This document shows, one piece after another, positions 28,228 through 43,188 of a DNA stretch of 64,000 nucleotides (position 1 is the first letter of the stretch; each line of letters begins with the position of its first letter). The stretch covers positions 60,388,001-60,452,000 of the forward strand of contig OX597832.1 in assembly GCA_951406725.2 (NCBI GenBank), given 5' to 3'. This DNA is from Octopus vulgaris. Its lineage: Eukaryota. The position numbers and the translations under genes are program-made. Under the pieces are notes generated by a model. It had not been told where the DNA came from. It saw only the letters and a program-made list of their open reading frames with translations, and searched no databases.

Positions 28228-30365
28228 GTGTGTGTGTGTATGTATGTATGTCATGTACAGTTGCCAGTCTATTTAGCCAAAACATCACAAGTGAATGTGA
28301 TAACAGAACACACACAAGCCTATAAATGTATTTCTGTTATTTTCATTGCACGAAATAAGTCATTCTTTTCATTGCAATGAGGGAAGTAAAAGAGAAGAGT
28401 ATCTGATAAGGAGACTCCTATAAGAATAAGACACAAGGAGAAGGGAGAGGAGAAAAGGATGTATGGACGAAATTCATTGCATAATAAAATAACTACATAT
28501 AATACAAACACACACATATATATATACACACACACATATATACATACATATAAAATTAGTCAGTTGTCCTTAAGTGTGATAAAAAGAGCACTCTAAAGGG
28601 AAAATTTTAGCAGTTATATATCATGGGATATAGCCAGACAGAAAGTTACTATCAATTTCATGCCTATTATTGCACTAGGTTATACAGGCAACATATAAGA
28701 CCTCCTGACCAGAGGTACATAACTTCCTTACTAATGAAGGTAAATACTGACCAAGGCTGTATTTTTACCTCTATTAGAAAGAAGTTTTGTGCCTCTTGGC
28801 CAGCAGCTTTGATGAGTTGTCTATATTGTAAGTGCGATAGTTGGTGTGAAAACATTTGTGACTGGCCATAACCAAGGATGTACTATTCAACTACATAATA
28901 TATATATATATATATTGGTGATGCCCTTTCAGTGTACCAATGTACAACTAGCCAGAACATGTCGAGGATATCTCAGTATGTGTAGTAGGATATTTTTCTA
29001 CCCCAAGCACCTGAAGTGACGGAGCCTGCATTGATTGATGTAATGCAATTAGATGCACAATATCCACTGGGACAGATTCAGGATGTATCAAAATACATTG
29101 TCGTGCGGAATAAAGATTCGTTCTAAATCCATCTTCTGCTTCTTTTTTCAACTATAAACTCAACAAACACTGAGGATTTCCTGATGTAGATCCATCGAAA
29201 ATTATATCGTTATTGTAGATGACATTAGGTAGCCCAAATGGTGAATATGCTTTGATCGGCATATCAATAGGCAAATACCCAAAGTCCAAGTAGTTACATA
29301 CATACATACACACACACATATATATATATGCATCATCATCATCATTGTTTAACAGGAGTCAGCCAGGTAGAAGCCTGCATTTTGACAGGATTTTGACAAC
29401 TGGATGCCTTTCCTAGCACCAACCATTGAACTGGTGAAGTCAGTTTTGGCAAGGTTTTTATCGCTGGATGCCCTTCCAAATGTCACTTTACTGTGTGAAC
29501 TGGATGCTTTTTAAGTAGCACCAGCACTGACAGGGTCACCAAGTACCTTGCAAGACAAAAAGATCTTTTGAGAGGGATATATACATATATATATATATAT
29601 ACATGGCACTGTGTATACTTCTATTGAATGCTTACAAGTTAATGGAGGTGTTCTACCACATTATGGAATGAAAATATCGGAGATCCCTGTTGTTCAAGGT
29701 TGAAGATACAGTTGTTTGATCCACTGAATGACCCGCTCCTAAATTAAGTGGTTGAGTATTCTTCAGACGTGTCCCCTTAATGTAATTCTCAGGCACAATC
29801 AGTGTGACTCAGTGAGTTACAAGGCTATACAACCCACTTGACAGGATTCCTACAGTTTCTATCTCTGCAATTTCATTCACAATGTATATAGTTTGGTGTG
29901 AGTCAACAGAAAGTGGCATTTGCCCAAGATGTTATGAAGAGAATTCAAACCTAGGCCCTTGTGCCTGTAGAGCAAGAATCATAACCATGCAGCCATATGC
30001 ACATACAAGAATAAAAATAGAAAACCCTACTCAAAGATTCTTTTCACACACGCTCACATAGATTGAGGAGATAATTATAATCTTGGCTGTTGCTTCATTA
30101 GCACATCATACAGGATCCTCATTAGCACAGCATTCCAGAATCAAAAGGAGATCTGTAAAATTTTGACTAATATTGCTGGGAGCACTATGTCACTCCAAGA
30201 TAAGATCCAGAAGGCTTAATATAAGCCCCGCAGAGTGAATAATAAAAGCAAAAATTCAAATTAGGAAAGGAGAAGTCAAACTGACATTACAAGTGTTTCC
30301 TTAAACAGACGACATCATTTATTCCATATCTCATACAGTGTTATGTAGTTCATACAATGTTGTGT

Positions 30366-30535
30366 AACATGTACCAAAATATATGAAAATATGTAATAGT
30401 AATCCTATAGTCAGTCCATTTCCTCAGCTGTTGTAATTTTATTTTATTGGTCAATTGTGCCTTGAAATCATGACATCTGAGGAAGCGAATGGACAATAGG
30501 ATTATTATTACATATTTCCATATATCATGGCATGT
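30366..30535. repeat. About 165-bp imperfect palindrome (foldback element)
   Basis: ATATATGAAAATATGTAATAGTAATCCTAT..TTCCTCAG pairs with CTGAGGAA..ATAGGATTATTATTACATATTTCCATATAT, with a short loop. Confidence 0.85.
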
Positions 30536-32086
30536 GTGTTTTAGTCTTCACAGCAACTGGCTATTGCCATACATGAATACTATCTTCAAAAAGTAACAAT
30601 TTCATCATATATATATATATATGTGTGCGTGTGTGTGTGTATGTGTGAGTGTATATATATATATATATATATATGCATGTATGATATTGTAGATAATTTC
30701 ATATATATATATATATATGTATACATATACATATATATAATGTATATATAATACATATATATATATACATATAATACATATATATATATACATACATATA
30801 ATACATACATATATATACATACATATATAATACATATATATATATACATATATAATACATGTAAAAATACAAATATAATACATATATATAATACATATAT
30901 ATATTATATACATATAATATATATATGTATTATGTATTGTATATATGTATTATGTATTGTATATATGTATTATATATGTATATAATACATATACACATAT
31001 ATATATTATTTATATATTTATTATATATATAATATATTATGTTATATATATATATTATACATGTATATGTGATTACATTGATGAGCTTTTATATATTAGC
31101 CACATCACTCCCTTTTCTTTTAATTCTGTTTTAACTAGTTTTAAAACTGAGCAGTTAAGGGATGACGATGATGAGGAAGGGAACGAAGAGCAATTAAGTC
31201 AACATCATTAATATCATTACATATGTGACTTCGTATCAACACAGCAGCTGGCTGACTCTTCTTTCTAGCAAAGGAAGTCATTCTTTGTGTTCCTTGTGTG
31301 GCTAGTTGTTAGTTTGTTGTCTCATGGGGTGGGTCACACCTTCAATGATTTTCCCCTCATGATTTAATATTTTGTTTTATTAATTAATATTTGTGTAAAC
31401 AACAAATATCAATTATATTTACAAGACACATTGATAGCTCATGGTTGACCCTAGAACCGTCGAGTAATAATTTATAGACTGATAGGCATTGGAAGGTGAG
31501 TGGTGAGGGCCATGTGGGACGAGGCAAAGAATGAGGACAGGATCAAGAAAAGTCAATATTGGTAAAATTTTAGTTTCTTTTAGATTTGCTTTTTTCTGTA
31601 TGTTTATATTTGTTTCTCATTTTTTTTTATAGGGGGATTTTTTTTTTTTGGAGAAGGAAACAAGAAAAAAAATCGACAAAATTTTTTTTGATTTTTTTTT
31701 GTATAATTCTCCTAAAGAGTATTCAACCGAAGATGACAGACAATCATTTATATAAAGTTGGGAATCAGTGGTGGGTGGGTAATTCAGGGTATATATAAGG
31801 TTATCACCATGGTAGTCGGAGTATTTGGAGACGGAGGGGGATGAAGTTGTTTTTGTTGCACCTTGTGGGGGTAAAAATGAAAAAGAGCAAAGGCATTTAA
31901 GGTGGAGGGGTGGGGGAAGATAAATATCAGAAAATGGGAGACAAATAATTTCATGTAGTGAGACTGTATATAAATAATATATCACCTGATATCATCATCA
32001 TCATAATCATCATCGTCGTTGTTATCATTGTGGCAAAGATTATTAGATATTTTTGTTTTGTATGATATGATTTTGTCATGTTTTTC

Positions 32087-32183
<97 letters not shown>

Positions 32184-32242
32184 CATATTATATATATATA
32201 TATTATATTATATATATATACATATTATATATATATACATAT

Positions 32243-32289
<47 letters not shown>

Positions 32290-32296
32290 ATGTATG

Positions 32297-32332
<36 letters not shown>

Positions 32333-33400
32333 CTGTATTTTTAAATCTTGTCTTCACACACAAATTTATATCTGGAAGGCTTTTTGAGTTATGTGTGTGT
32401 GTTTGTGTGTGTGTGTTGCTGTTGTTGTGTAAGTGTGTTTGTATGTGTGTAGTGGTGTGAGTATTTGTGTATTGTGTGAGTATGCAAGTCAGGTTACTGA
32501 GATTAGATATATGTATAGTTAGTGTTCAAAATTTGGGGATGGAGGGCAGGTAACTTTTAAGCAACGATACAAATAGAAAAGAACCCTAACAACTCTTATT
32601 TGTTGCGTAAGGGTTGCGTTAAATCAAATGACAGATAATATGGAGAGAGAGAGAGAGAGACAGACAGAGAAGGAGAGAGAAGTATGGGAGTGAGATAAGG
32701 AGAGAGATAGGGGAATGAGAGAGAGAGAGAGAGAAGAACAGAGGTAAAAGTTGAGAGAAATACATAAAAACAAGAAAGACATGCGAAAAGGGGATTTTAA
32801 GACGTAGTGTGCTGGTAGTTATTTGTTTGTTTGGATTTTATAAATAAAAATCTATATAGCTCTACCCCACCCCTCCAAATGATCATGATTAAAATATGAA
32901 CAAATAAATAAATGGTTAAGTCGAGGTATGTCAAAACGGAAAAAAAATTTTTTAATTGTTGAAAGATTCATTTTAATTAATATTATTATTAATATTACTG
33001 ATGATGATAATATTTATTATTATTGTTATTCTTATTTTTGTGTTCCACCATACTTCAAAGAGGAAAAAAAAAACACGGAAAGACAAAGACTAACATACAA
33101 CAGGTTCTATTGATAAATATTTTTTCTCTTAGTCTTAAGAGGCCTTCTTTAAGATAAAAGTTTTTCTTTACAAGAAATTTGTGTTTTCCACACTTTTTTC
33201 GCTAGCAGTTTGTTGTTTTTTTGTTAGTAGTTGTATTTAATTATTCATATTTTGTGGGTGTTGTTTGGTGTTGTAGGGAGGGGGTGGGTGGTGGTGGCAT
33301 TTTCTTTAAAAGAATTTTTTTTGTCATTTTACGAAGAAAGGAAAGAAACATAGGGCTGACAATTAAATAAAAATGGTAGATTTAAAAGTAATCAGTAACT

Positions 33401-33450
<50 letters not shown>

Positions 33451-33473
33451 CAGATATAGATAGATATATAGAT

Positions 33474-33527
<54 letters not shown>

Positions 33528-34310
33528 GTGCAATTGAGAAAAAAAACAAAATTTATGAGAGCAAAGCTAGACTGATTTAGGGCAGATAAAAAAGGAGAGA
33601 GGAAGGGACACAGGGAGGTGGGGGAGGAATAAATAAGGAAAAGACACAAGAAATTCGAATTAAAACAAAAAAAACTACCTAAAGAATTGCTTCACCACAC
33701 GAGAAGAAGTGGTTGGATTTAATTAGGGAAAGACAGAAAATGAAGAGGATTAGTTTAAAGTTATTTTTTAAAAAGAAATTCTATATTGAGCAAAACAAAA
33801 AGAAAAAGAATGAATGTATTGGATACAAAAAAAATATTTTAAAAACATCAAATGAAATTATAATGTGGTGTCTCTGAGGTTCAAACTGTAAAAAATATCT
33901 GAAAAGAGCTAAATGCTATTCTAAACTGCATCTGGTGAAGTTACACAATAATATTAAATATATATATATATTGGTATATAGTAGGCGCTGTATACTACAG
34001 ATATGTTATATACATATAGTATGTAGTATACTAAATAATTATCATAAAAATAGGGATCAAAATATATATTATACATATATAATATGTACACAATATACAG
34101 AAATATGTACATAGGCATACATGTCAATGTATGCGCATATATATATCGACACACAAGAACACATTTATGAGTACACATATATTTACCTGTGTGACAAGTT
34201 TACATACATATATATATACACACATAAATATGTACAGATACATATGTAGATAGACAGACAGACAGATAAAACAGATACAGTATATATATATATATACATA
34301 CATATATATA

Positions 34311-34345
<35 letters not shown>

Positions 34346-34412
34346 GCATACATACACACAAGTTATATATATATTTCATGGACTGAGAAGTTCAAAATGA
34401 GCCATGGCGAAT

Positions 34413-34448
<36 letters not shown>

Positions 34449-34996
34449 ACATATATATATATATCATGTGTATATGAATGTGTACATATACATCACATTC
34501 ATATATATATATATTTATATACATAGACACACACACATATATACAAACATACATAGTATATACATATACTTCTAAAATTGTATATATGTCATATATACTT
34601 ATAACATTTTATACATGGTTGTGTAAGCCTATGTCATAGATATATATATATATATACGTGTGTGTGCAATATATATACACACACACACACACATATATAT
34701 ATTTCTTTTTTCAGAATAGATTTTAGACATATTCAATATATACATATGCAACAAATAATCTATCTATCAATATATATATATATATATATATACACACACT
34801 ATACATTCATATATGTATACATGGTGTATGCACAGGTATATGATTCAGTATGGATGCTCTTTACAATCTTTTACCAATACATTGAACAAACATCATAAAT
34901 ATCATGCACACACACACACATACAACTTATATATTACATATGTATTATATCACACTACAGATGTTATTGGTTTGCATATTTTATTTGTTATACAAC

Positions 34997-35032
<36 letters not shown>

Positions 35033-35035
<3 letters not shown>

Positions 35036-35372
35036 GCACTCCATTGGCTACGACCACGAGGCTTCCAGTTGATCCGATCAACGGAACAGCCTGCTCGTGA
35101 AATTAACATGCAAATGGCTGAGCACTCCACAGACTCGTGTACCTTTAATGTAGTTCTCAGGGAGATCCAGTGTGACACAGAGTGTGACAAAGCTGGCCCT
35201 TTGAAATACAGGTACAACAGGAACAGGGAGAAAGAGTACAGCAGGGTTCTCCACTCACCCACTGCCCCAGCTTTGTGGAGCTTTAAGTGTTTTCATTCAA
35301 TAAATACTTACAATGTCCAGGCTGGGAATTGAAACTGCAAGTCTACTGCCCTAACCACTGGGCCATTGCACC
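35033..35372 (-). mobile_element. SINE, family B, CpG-decayed copy
   Basis: Colinear with 3439-3818, with many CG to TG/CA changes. Confidence 0.9.
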
Positions 35373-36186
35373 TAAACACACACACACATGTTTCATTCAG
35401 GTTTACGTCTATTCTTCCATGCAATCATGGGTTTGATGAATATATTTTTGAGCCATTGTTTTACAGTTGGGTATCTTTTTCGCCATTCGTCCTTACATGT
35501 ATTTCCAGAAAGAAACATTTTATTTCACTAATCTTTGAGGTTGCAAACCTAGCTGAAAATCCAATGAGTGATGACAGTGTCTTCACCATTATTGATACCT
35601 CGAGTGATTTTTGAAGTACTAATTTAATCAATACGCACACACACACACGTACATATTTATAGAATGAGCTTCGTTTAGTATTGTCTTCCAAATATATTTA
35701 CAATGCTTCTGTTAGCCTGCAGCAATACTACAAGTCAGTTGCTTCAAGTACCATGCAGGACTGAAACTATATGATCTGAAAGCAAACTGATTCTCCACAC
35801 AGATTTAATGTTTTATCCAAGTATTTTCTCTTATTCCATAGCTCATCTGTATAGAAGAGGCTTTGAATTAGTGAAAGCATAGCTTCTTTGCGAAAAACAT
35901 CAAATCTTTAAAATATAACAATTTTCTTTGTTTTTCTCTTTGACACAGAGAGATTCCTCTTTGAATTTCTGGTCTCCTTGATCTTTGAAATATTTTCCTA
36001 CATACTTCATATGCAAACATATATATCATGTATATGTAGTGAAGAATTTCAGTTTGATTAGGTAACTTGCTGAGTGAGGAAGACACATGGATATGTTCGT
36101 TCTCTTTACAGCTTTTTGGAAAAACTTTATGGAATATTTAGCCTAGGGGATTGGAAGCTAACAGATGGTAATGATATAAATAAGAC

Positions 36187-36723
36187 TAATCTTTTGTGTA
36201 ACCATATTTCTATTCAAAATACACTGTCTTTGTTTCAATAAATTTTGAAAATGGTAAAGAATTCCATAAAATAACTTTGTCAATATTAACCGGCACTCTG
36301 TCAATGTTCCAGATGATCTGATCAACAGAACAGCCTACTCCTGAAATTAACAAGTGATTGAGCACTCCACAGGCATTTTTGACAAGGTACTACATAAATT
36401 ATATATGTATTTCATATACCTGTGACAAGGTACTACTCATTACAGGCACTACTTATTTTTGACAGCTGAGTAGACTGGAACAACATGAAATAAAGTATCT
36501 TGCTCAAGATCACAATGTACTTTGCATTTTGAACTTGTAACACCTTATTATCACGAGTCAAAATACCCTAACCATTAAACTACATGCCTTCATTTATCTG
36601 TTATTAAGCTGGTGTTTGGAACATGAATTAACATTAGACTTTGATAGGTTTTAATTTAGATAATCTAAAACAGCACCACAGAGCTAGAGACAGTCTGCCT
36701 TAGGTTGGTATCAAAAAGGTTAT
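36187..36723. mobile_element. TTAA-type MITE interrupted by nested SINE fragments (about 36290-36595)
   Basis: Ends TAATCTTTTGTGTAACCA and TTGGTATCAAAAAGGTTA are loosely inverted. The interior carries a family-B tail and a decayed tRNA-head SINE. Confidence 0.5.
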
Positions 36724-37059
36724 TCATCTCCTGGCTATGGTCAGTATTTGTAATAAATCTCTGGCGATTAATGTGTGTACAATAGACAAACTTTAGTTTT
36801 AGTGCAACTGCAATGTCATATGCAGATAGCTGCACACCTGTTATATTAGACTAGATGTAGAGTATTTACCTGGCTAGTAGTAACATTTAAAAATATAATA
36901 GATTAATCACTATTAATCTTAAAAGATACATTATTAAGCAAGGTTATAATGCAAACAAGATTAATTTAACAATTTCAATATAGACGAGATTTACTCAATG
37001 ATATATTTAGGTTTGGAGTTATTTCAAACTAAGTAGAAAATTGATTGGATAATAAACTA

Positions 37060-37280
37060 TTGTTTTCTACTCTAGGCACAAGGCCTGAAATTTTGGGGAA
37101 GGGGAGTGCAGGCGATTAAATTGACCCCAGTATGCAACTGGAACTTAATTTACTAACTCTGAAAGGATGAAAGGCAAAGTCGACCTTGGCGGAATTTGAA
37201 CTCAGACTGTATAAAGACAGATGAAACACCACTTAGCATTTCATTTGTCGTGCTAATGTTTCTACCTGCTCGCTGCCTTT
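37060..37280 (-). mobile_element. SINE, family A, with an apparent target-site duplication
   Basis: Consensus match. Flanked by ATAATAAACTATTGTT (about 37049) and ATAACAAACTATTGTT (about 37285). Confidence 0.88.
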
Positions 37281-40259
37281 ATTGATAACAAACTATTGTT
37301 AATATTTGGTGCATGCTCAGCTTAACGAAGCTAATTAAAGAATGTAGATTTGTATTTTCTCTCTATTTCACTTCCAATGACCTTTCCCATTTTGGTGCTG
37401 TACTTCCCTTTGTGAGTTCAGGTTTGAAGAACAGTTCTTTTCATATGAAAGTTTGAAGGTACCTATGAATGGTTGAAAAATTAACTCATGATGATCCTTT
37501 CCATTTAACCCCTTATTTTAAAGCACAAGTGGCTTGTCCTCGTGAATGAACATAAATTTATAATGTTTTATTTATCATTAACATTTTGATGTCCACTTTT
37601 CTATTCTTGCTTGGGTTGGATGGAGTTTCAGACAGATTTTCTGCATTTGGATACCGTTCCTGTCAAATCTCATCAGTTTCTTAACAAGGTTTTCTCCACT
37701 GCCATTTATGAAGAATATCAGAAATGCTGGACGTTGCTCATATGACTACCATATGATACAAACATACACGTGTATTACATATATGATGGCCATCTTTCAA
37801 ATCTACTCACAAGGCTTTAATCAGCTTGGGATATAGTAGATGACACTTGCCCAAGGTGCCATGTCGTAGGACTGAACCCAGAACCATGTGACTGGGAAGC
37901 AAACATCTTAAACCACACAGCCAAATCTGCATCCTTACCTTGTCTTAAGCTATTCATATTATTTGTACAAGTTTATACAGGTTAATTGTAGGTTTTAGTT
38001 TCTCATAGTATGTTTTATTTATGGTTGCTATCTAATTTGTGAACATTTTAACATCTGATGCGTAACACACCATGTTCTCGTACAAGCAATGTCAGTTTGA
38101 TAGAGAGACTCTGCTAATGTACAACACAAATATTCGATCTCTATAAACAAAGAATCTGTACAGGTTTTCCAGCAAGGAAAAGCAGAATTGTCTTTCTCAA
38201 ACCCAAGAAACAACCCAGAAGATCTGAGTTCTAAAGTCGATACAGAAATAATTACTATCAATTTTATTTTCTATTGTATGTAATGTTTTAAGATTTTAAG
38301 CTGTTACGATTTATAGTTCAAGTACAAACATTTTTGCTAGGAAATTTTCAAATGGCATCAAATTATACTTTTTAAGGCAGTTTGTAACCATGGAAAGCAA
38401 TGAACTTGCTTCAGGGTGTCCAAATCATGTTCACATTGAACTACGCAACTCATATGGGAAGCTCTCTGGTTGGTTGTCATAAATATGTCTGCACTGAAAC
38501 ATTAAGACTTCTACGCATTTTTAGACTTCAGTAGAGTTTTTGTTCTTATTTACCTGGAATACTATAGGTTCTTGACTTATTTGGTTCCTTGGAAACGTAT
38601 AGTGAAAGGGATAAAAATGTTTTTTTAACAGAAATATAGTGTTTTGTAAGTAGTTATACATAAGATTGGAAAGCCATTATATGGCAGATATACAGCACAT
38701 ACATACACATTATATATTACAAACATATTATTTATAACATATATACATTATATATAGCATATGTATATAAGCTATAATATGTATATAATGTATATTATTT
38801 AATATAAATAATCATATTTTAAGAGTATACTGTATATAACTATATATGAAATTTTATATAATTATTCTGCTCCAGTTTTGGCTTGGTTTCTACAGCTGGA
38901 TGCCTTTCCAGTCACTTTACTGAGTGTACTGGGTGCTTTTTCCATGAACATTGTATGTATATAATATGCTCAATAATATATTATGTTCTATATATGTAAC
39001 ACATATACATATGTATGCACATATATGCATGTGTACATATTTTTATATATGACATTCTATATACTGTAATACAAACAACGGATAAACGTGTGTGTATTTA
39101 TCATGTTTTAAAAACAAATGAATATTTCAAAATATACATGCAAAGCTGGCTGTATGGACAAGAAGTTTTTCCCAATCAGACCGTTTTGGGTTCAGTCCCA
39201 CTTAGCGACACTATGGAGCAAGTGTCATTTTCCATAGCCTTTACAATGGTTTTGGTAATCAACAAAGACTCATTTCTAAGTGTGAGTATGTATTCATGTC
39301 TCCTCCTTAACATCACAATAAGCCAAACTGTCATACAAGTTGTGACTCATTTGCAATCATGTCTAACCACTGTGCTGTTCATGCTCAAAGACTACAGGAA
39401 ATATAAAATTAGAAACTGGTGACGTTTGGCAACAAGGCGGGCATTGTTGTAGAAAACCTGCTCATTGTATTGTCTGTCCCACGCAAGCATGGAAAAGTAG
39501 CCATTGAAATATGGAAAGTATTGTATAAGATTTATAATACATTTCATATTCGTTTTTCACTGTTTGTATCAGTTGGGTGAATATGCAGAGGTTTAGTTTT
39601 ACAGCTGCAGGCCCTTACAGGTGCTAACTGTTATCTGTTTTTCAAGTAAAGGATCTCTTACTTTACTCAGCTTCGATGAAACTGTGACTGGATGATGTGT
39701 TGACATTAGACACCGACTTCATCACCACTTTTGAAGAAACTATCACAGATGTAAACAAACATGCATTTATCATCACCACATGTCCATTCTACTTTTCTAT
39801 TCATTCTTGATTAGATCAGAAGGTATGTTGGGGCAGTGTTTACTAAGTAAGTTACTGCTCCAGATGCCAAACCTTACCCATTTCCAAACAATGCAATAAT
39901 CTCATAGTTGGACGAATAACAAACAACCTGGAAATGGTTATACAGAGAATTGGAAACAAGACACCACAGGAATGAGTTTTTTTTGTTTACAAAGATTGTA
40001 CAATATGTCAAGATGAGTCAGAAAACCTAGATGTGGTTCTCTGGTTGACTACAAATTACATTGTCTAACACTATCAGCAAGGGTAATGCTAACAACCAGA
40101 GAATACATTTAACCGTGAGAGGTAATATGATAGGTTTCTTTCAGTTTCCATCTAGCAAATTCACTTGCAAGGCTCGAGTCAACTTAATGCTAAAGACACT
40201 TGCTCAAGGTGCCATGTAATGAAACTTAACCTGAAACATATGTATGAATATATGTATCC

Positions 40260-40294
<35 letters not shown>

Positions 40295-40700
40295 AGTGTA
40301 TATGTATGTGTCTACATACACCTGAGTGTGATTCTACAGCTGCATGCTTTTCCTGTTGCCAAATTTCACTTCATACAAAGCTAAATAATTTCTTTGTGAC
40401 AGAACCGGCTTCCATGAACGACTGGAAATGTAACAACAACTGTGTACTGGAGTCATTTGTTTAAATCTACCACACAATGTCATGAGAAAGAGGCATAGAC
40501 ACACAAATACACTATATATATATACTGTTTCCCATGCTGGCATAGGTCAGATGATTAGACAGGACCTGGCAAACCACAGGGCTGCATCGAGCCCCAATGC
40601 CAGCTATGGCTTCTTTTGACTGGATGTCCTTCCTAATACCAATCATTTTACAGTGTATGTGTGTGTGTATATATATATGTATATATATATATATATGAGT

Positions 40701-40960
40701 CAAAATCAAAATCAAATCGATCAACATCAATGGAAATTGTAACCAGTGCCGATGGCATGTAAGAGAACCATCCGAACATGGCCATTGCCAGCGCCGCCCC
40801 GACTGGCCTCCGTGCCGGTGGCACGTAAAATGCACTATCCGATTGTGGCCGTTGCCAGCCTCGTGTGGCCCTGTGCCAGTGGCGCAGCCTTCTGGCTTCC
40901 CAGACCCCAGTTGAACCGTCCAACCCATGCTAGCATGGAAAATGGACGTTAAACGATGAT
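40701..40960 (+). mobile_element. Retroposon fragment with internal tandem units and an RTE-like (GAT)n tail
   Basis: Repeated GGCACGTAAAA..CATCCGA..GTGGCC.TTGCCAGC units, ending CCAACCCATGCTAGCATGGAAAATGGACGTTAAACGATGAT. An inverted relative lies at 40525-40655; others at about 29340, 37570 and 63390. Confidence 0.75.
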
Positions 40961-40978
40961 ATATATATGTCTGTGTAG

Positions 40979-41020
<42 letters not shown>

Positions 41021-41137
41021 GTATGTAGCTTCTTTCAGTTTCTGTCAACAAAATTCACGCACGACTAGTTGGCTGCCCAAGTTATACCATATTTGTGTCA
41101 TAGATCTCAAAACCACTTAGAAAACAAACTCCTAAAC

Positions 41138-41172
<35 letters not shown>

Positions 41173-41812
41173 GAAGGCCTTAGTCTTTTAACTCTTTTCA
41201 TTTTGTTATTTTTCATCCTGAAACCTATGATGACACCAAATTTTGAAGGAGATGAAAAACAAAGACAAAAACAAAAGGAAAAAGAAAATGAGAAAAGTAA
41301 AATAAGAAATTTTATGACTGAGCCAGGAAAAAAAAAAGAAACGGGTTTGTAGGAATAATTTAGTAAATATTAAAATGAATATAGATACATAATAAAACAC
41401 ATACACTATGCAAACATATATATATACACATATGTATACATTTATGCGTATATGGCATATATACACACACATAAATGTATGCATATACATATATGTATAT
41501 AGACACATGAGCATTATTCATACATATATACATATACGTACAAATATATATATATACATATATACACACGAATGAATGTATACATACATATATGTGTAAA
41601 TAAACCCAGAAAGATATGTAATCAAAGAAAAAAACATTTGATTTCTATCTTCTCTTCATCATAAAATATGGTGTAGTCAGATTGGTAGGGGTAGGAAGGT
41701 GGGGAAGGCTTACGTGTGCTACATGTGTATACACGTCATATATATATATCACACGTTATATATATGTCATATATATATATACATATATATCTCACACGTC
41801 ATATATATATCA

Positions 41813-41854
<42 letters not shown>

Positions 41855-43144
41855 AGCAAGAGAAATGAGAGAGAGAGAGAGCAAGAAGGTATGAATGATG
41901 TGGTAAATAATCAGCGATATGATTAGGTATACTTATGTTCCCTATGGGTTTCATTTTCTTTTGTCCTTAAAACTGAACGGAAATGAAGGATTAGTTTCAT
42001 GTATTAAACCAGTATTCTATTTACAAATTAATAACAAAACTTGTCTCAGATACTTTTTTCTGCTTTTTTTTTTGTTTTTTTTTTTTTTGTTTCTCTGTTC
42101 AAATATAGTGCTTCGAACAAAAATATTTTTAAAAATATAATATATATATATATTTTGATATATATTATATGTATATATGTGTGTGTATATATATACATAT
42201 AGATATGTATATATATATCACAAAAGACCATGTGTTTATTTTTTTTTTTTAATTTTCATCTGTTTGCAAATATTTTTTTTTCCTTAAATTCTAATGTCCA
42301 TTGTCATTATTTTGTTTGTTTGTTTTGTTTGCTTCTTTGCTTCCACTGTAATAATAATAATAATAATTACCAAAAAGAAAAAAAAAATGATAATGATTAA
42401 CTTTTTCTTTTGTTTTTCAAAAAAATAGTCCCACAAAAACAAATCATTATCCTCCAGCTTGTACAATTGGAATGAGGCCAATTAAAATCGTTTCGACAAT
42501 GAACCAAAATGGCCACCATGTAATATCAGCGTTACGTGAGAAAGGGAGACAATTTAAATCTTAAAACACAATCTTTTGGTTATGGTATGTATCCATTTTT
42601 ATTTATTTATTTCTGAATGTATGTAAAAATAAATAATATTAACTGAAAAGGTTAGTGATGTAGGGAGGGGACATGTGTACAAAACAAACAAAAACGACTT
42701 AACCATCATCACCGGACTAATCAATACGAAGGCTGATTCAAAATATTTGTTGGGTTTCATTTTGGTTTTTGAAAGTTGTTGGTTTTTTTTTTTTTGTTTT
42801 TCTTGGTTAACGCTTGATACGGCTGGTTGGTATTTTGGTGAATTGTTATGTTTTGAGTATTTTTGTTTTGCTTTTGGAACAAATTTATCTCCAGATCAAG
42901 AAGAAGGTGAAAGAAAGAGAAATTGATAACACAATGGAGGGAAGAAGGGAGGGAATGGGAACTTGATACAAAAAAAAAATTTGAAACGAAAAAGACGGAG
43001 ATGGGTGCGGGGCAGGAGAAATTGATAAATGAAAATATAAAAATAAATAAATTATAAATAAAAAAAGATAAGTAAAAAAAAATATTTCGTGCAGAAACTG
43101 GTGTAGGCAAATTCTTAAGGGGATAAACTAAAAAAAAACAAACA

Positions 43145-43188
<44 letters not shown>

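Noticed and set aside
40512-41051. 179-aa minus-strand ORF
   Set aside because: It spans a retroposon fragment and microsatellites, and has no domain.
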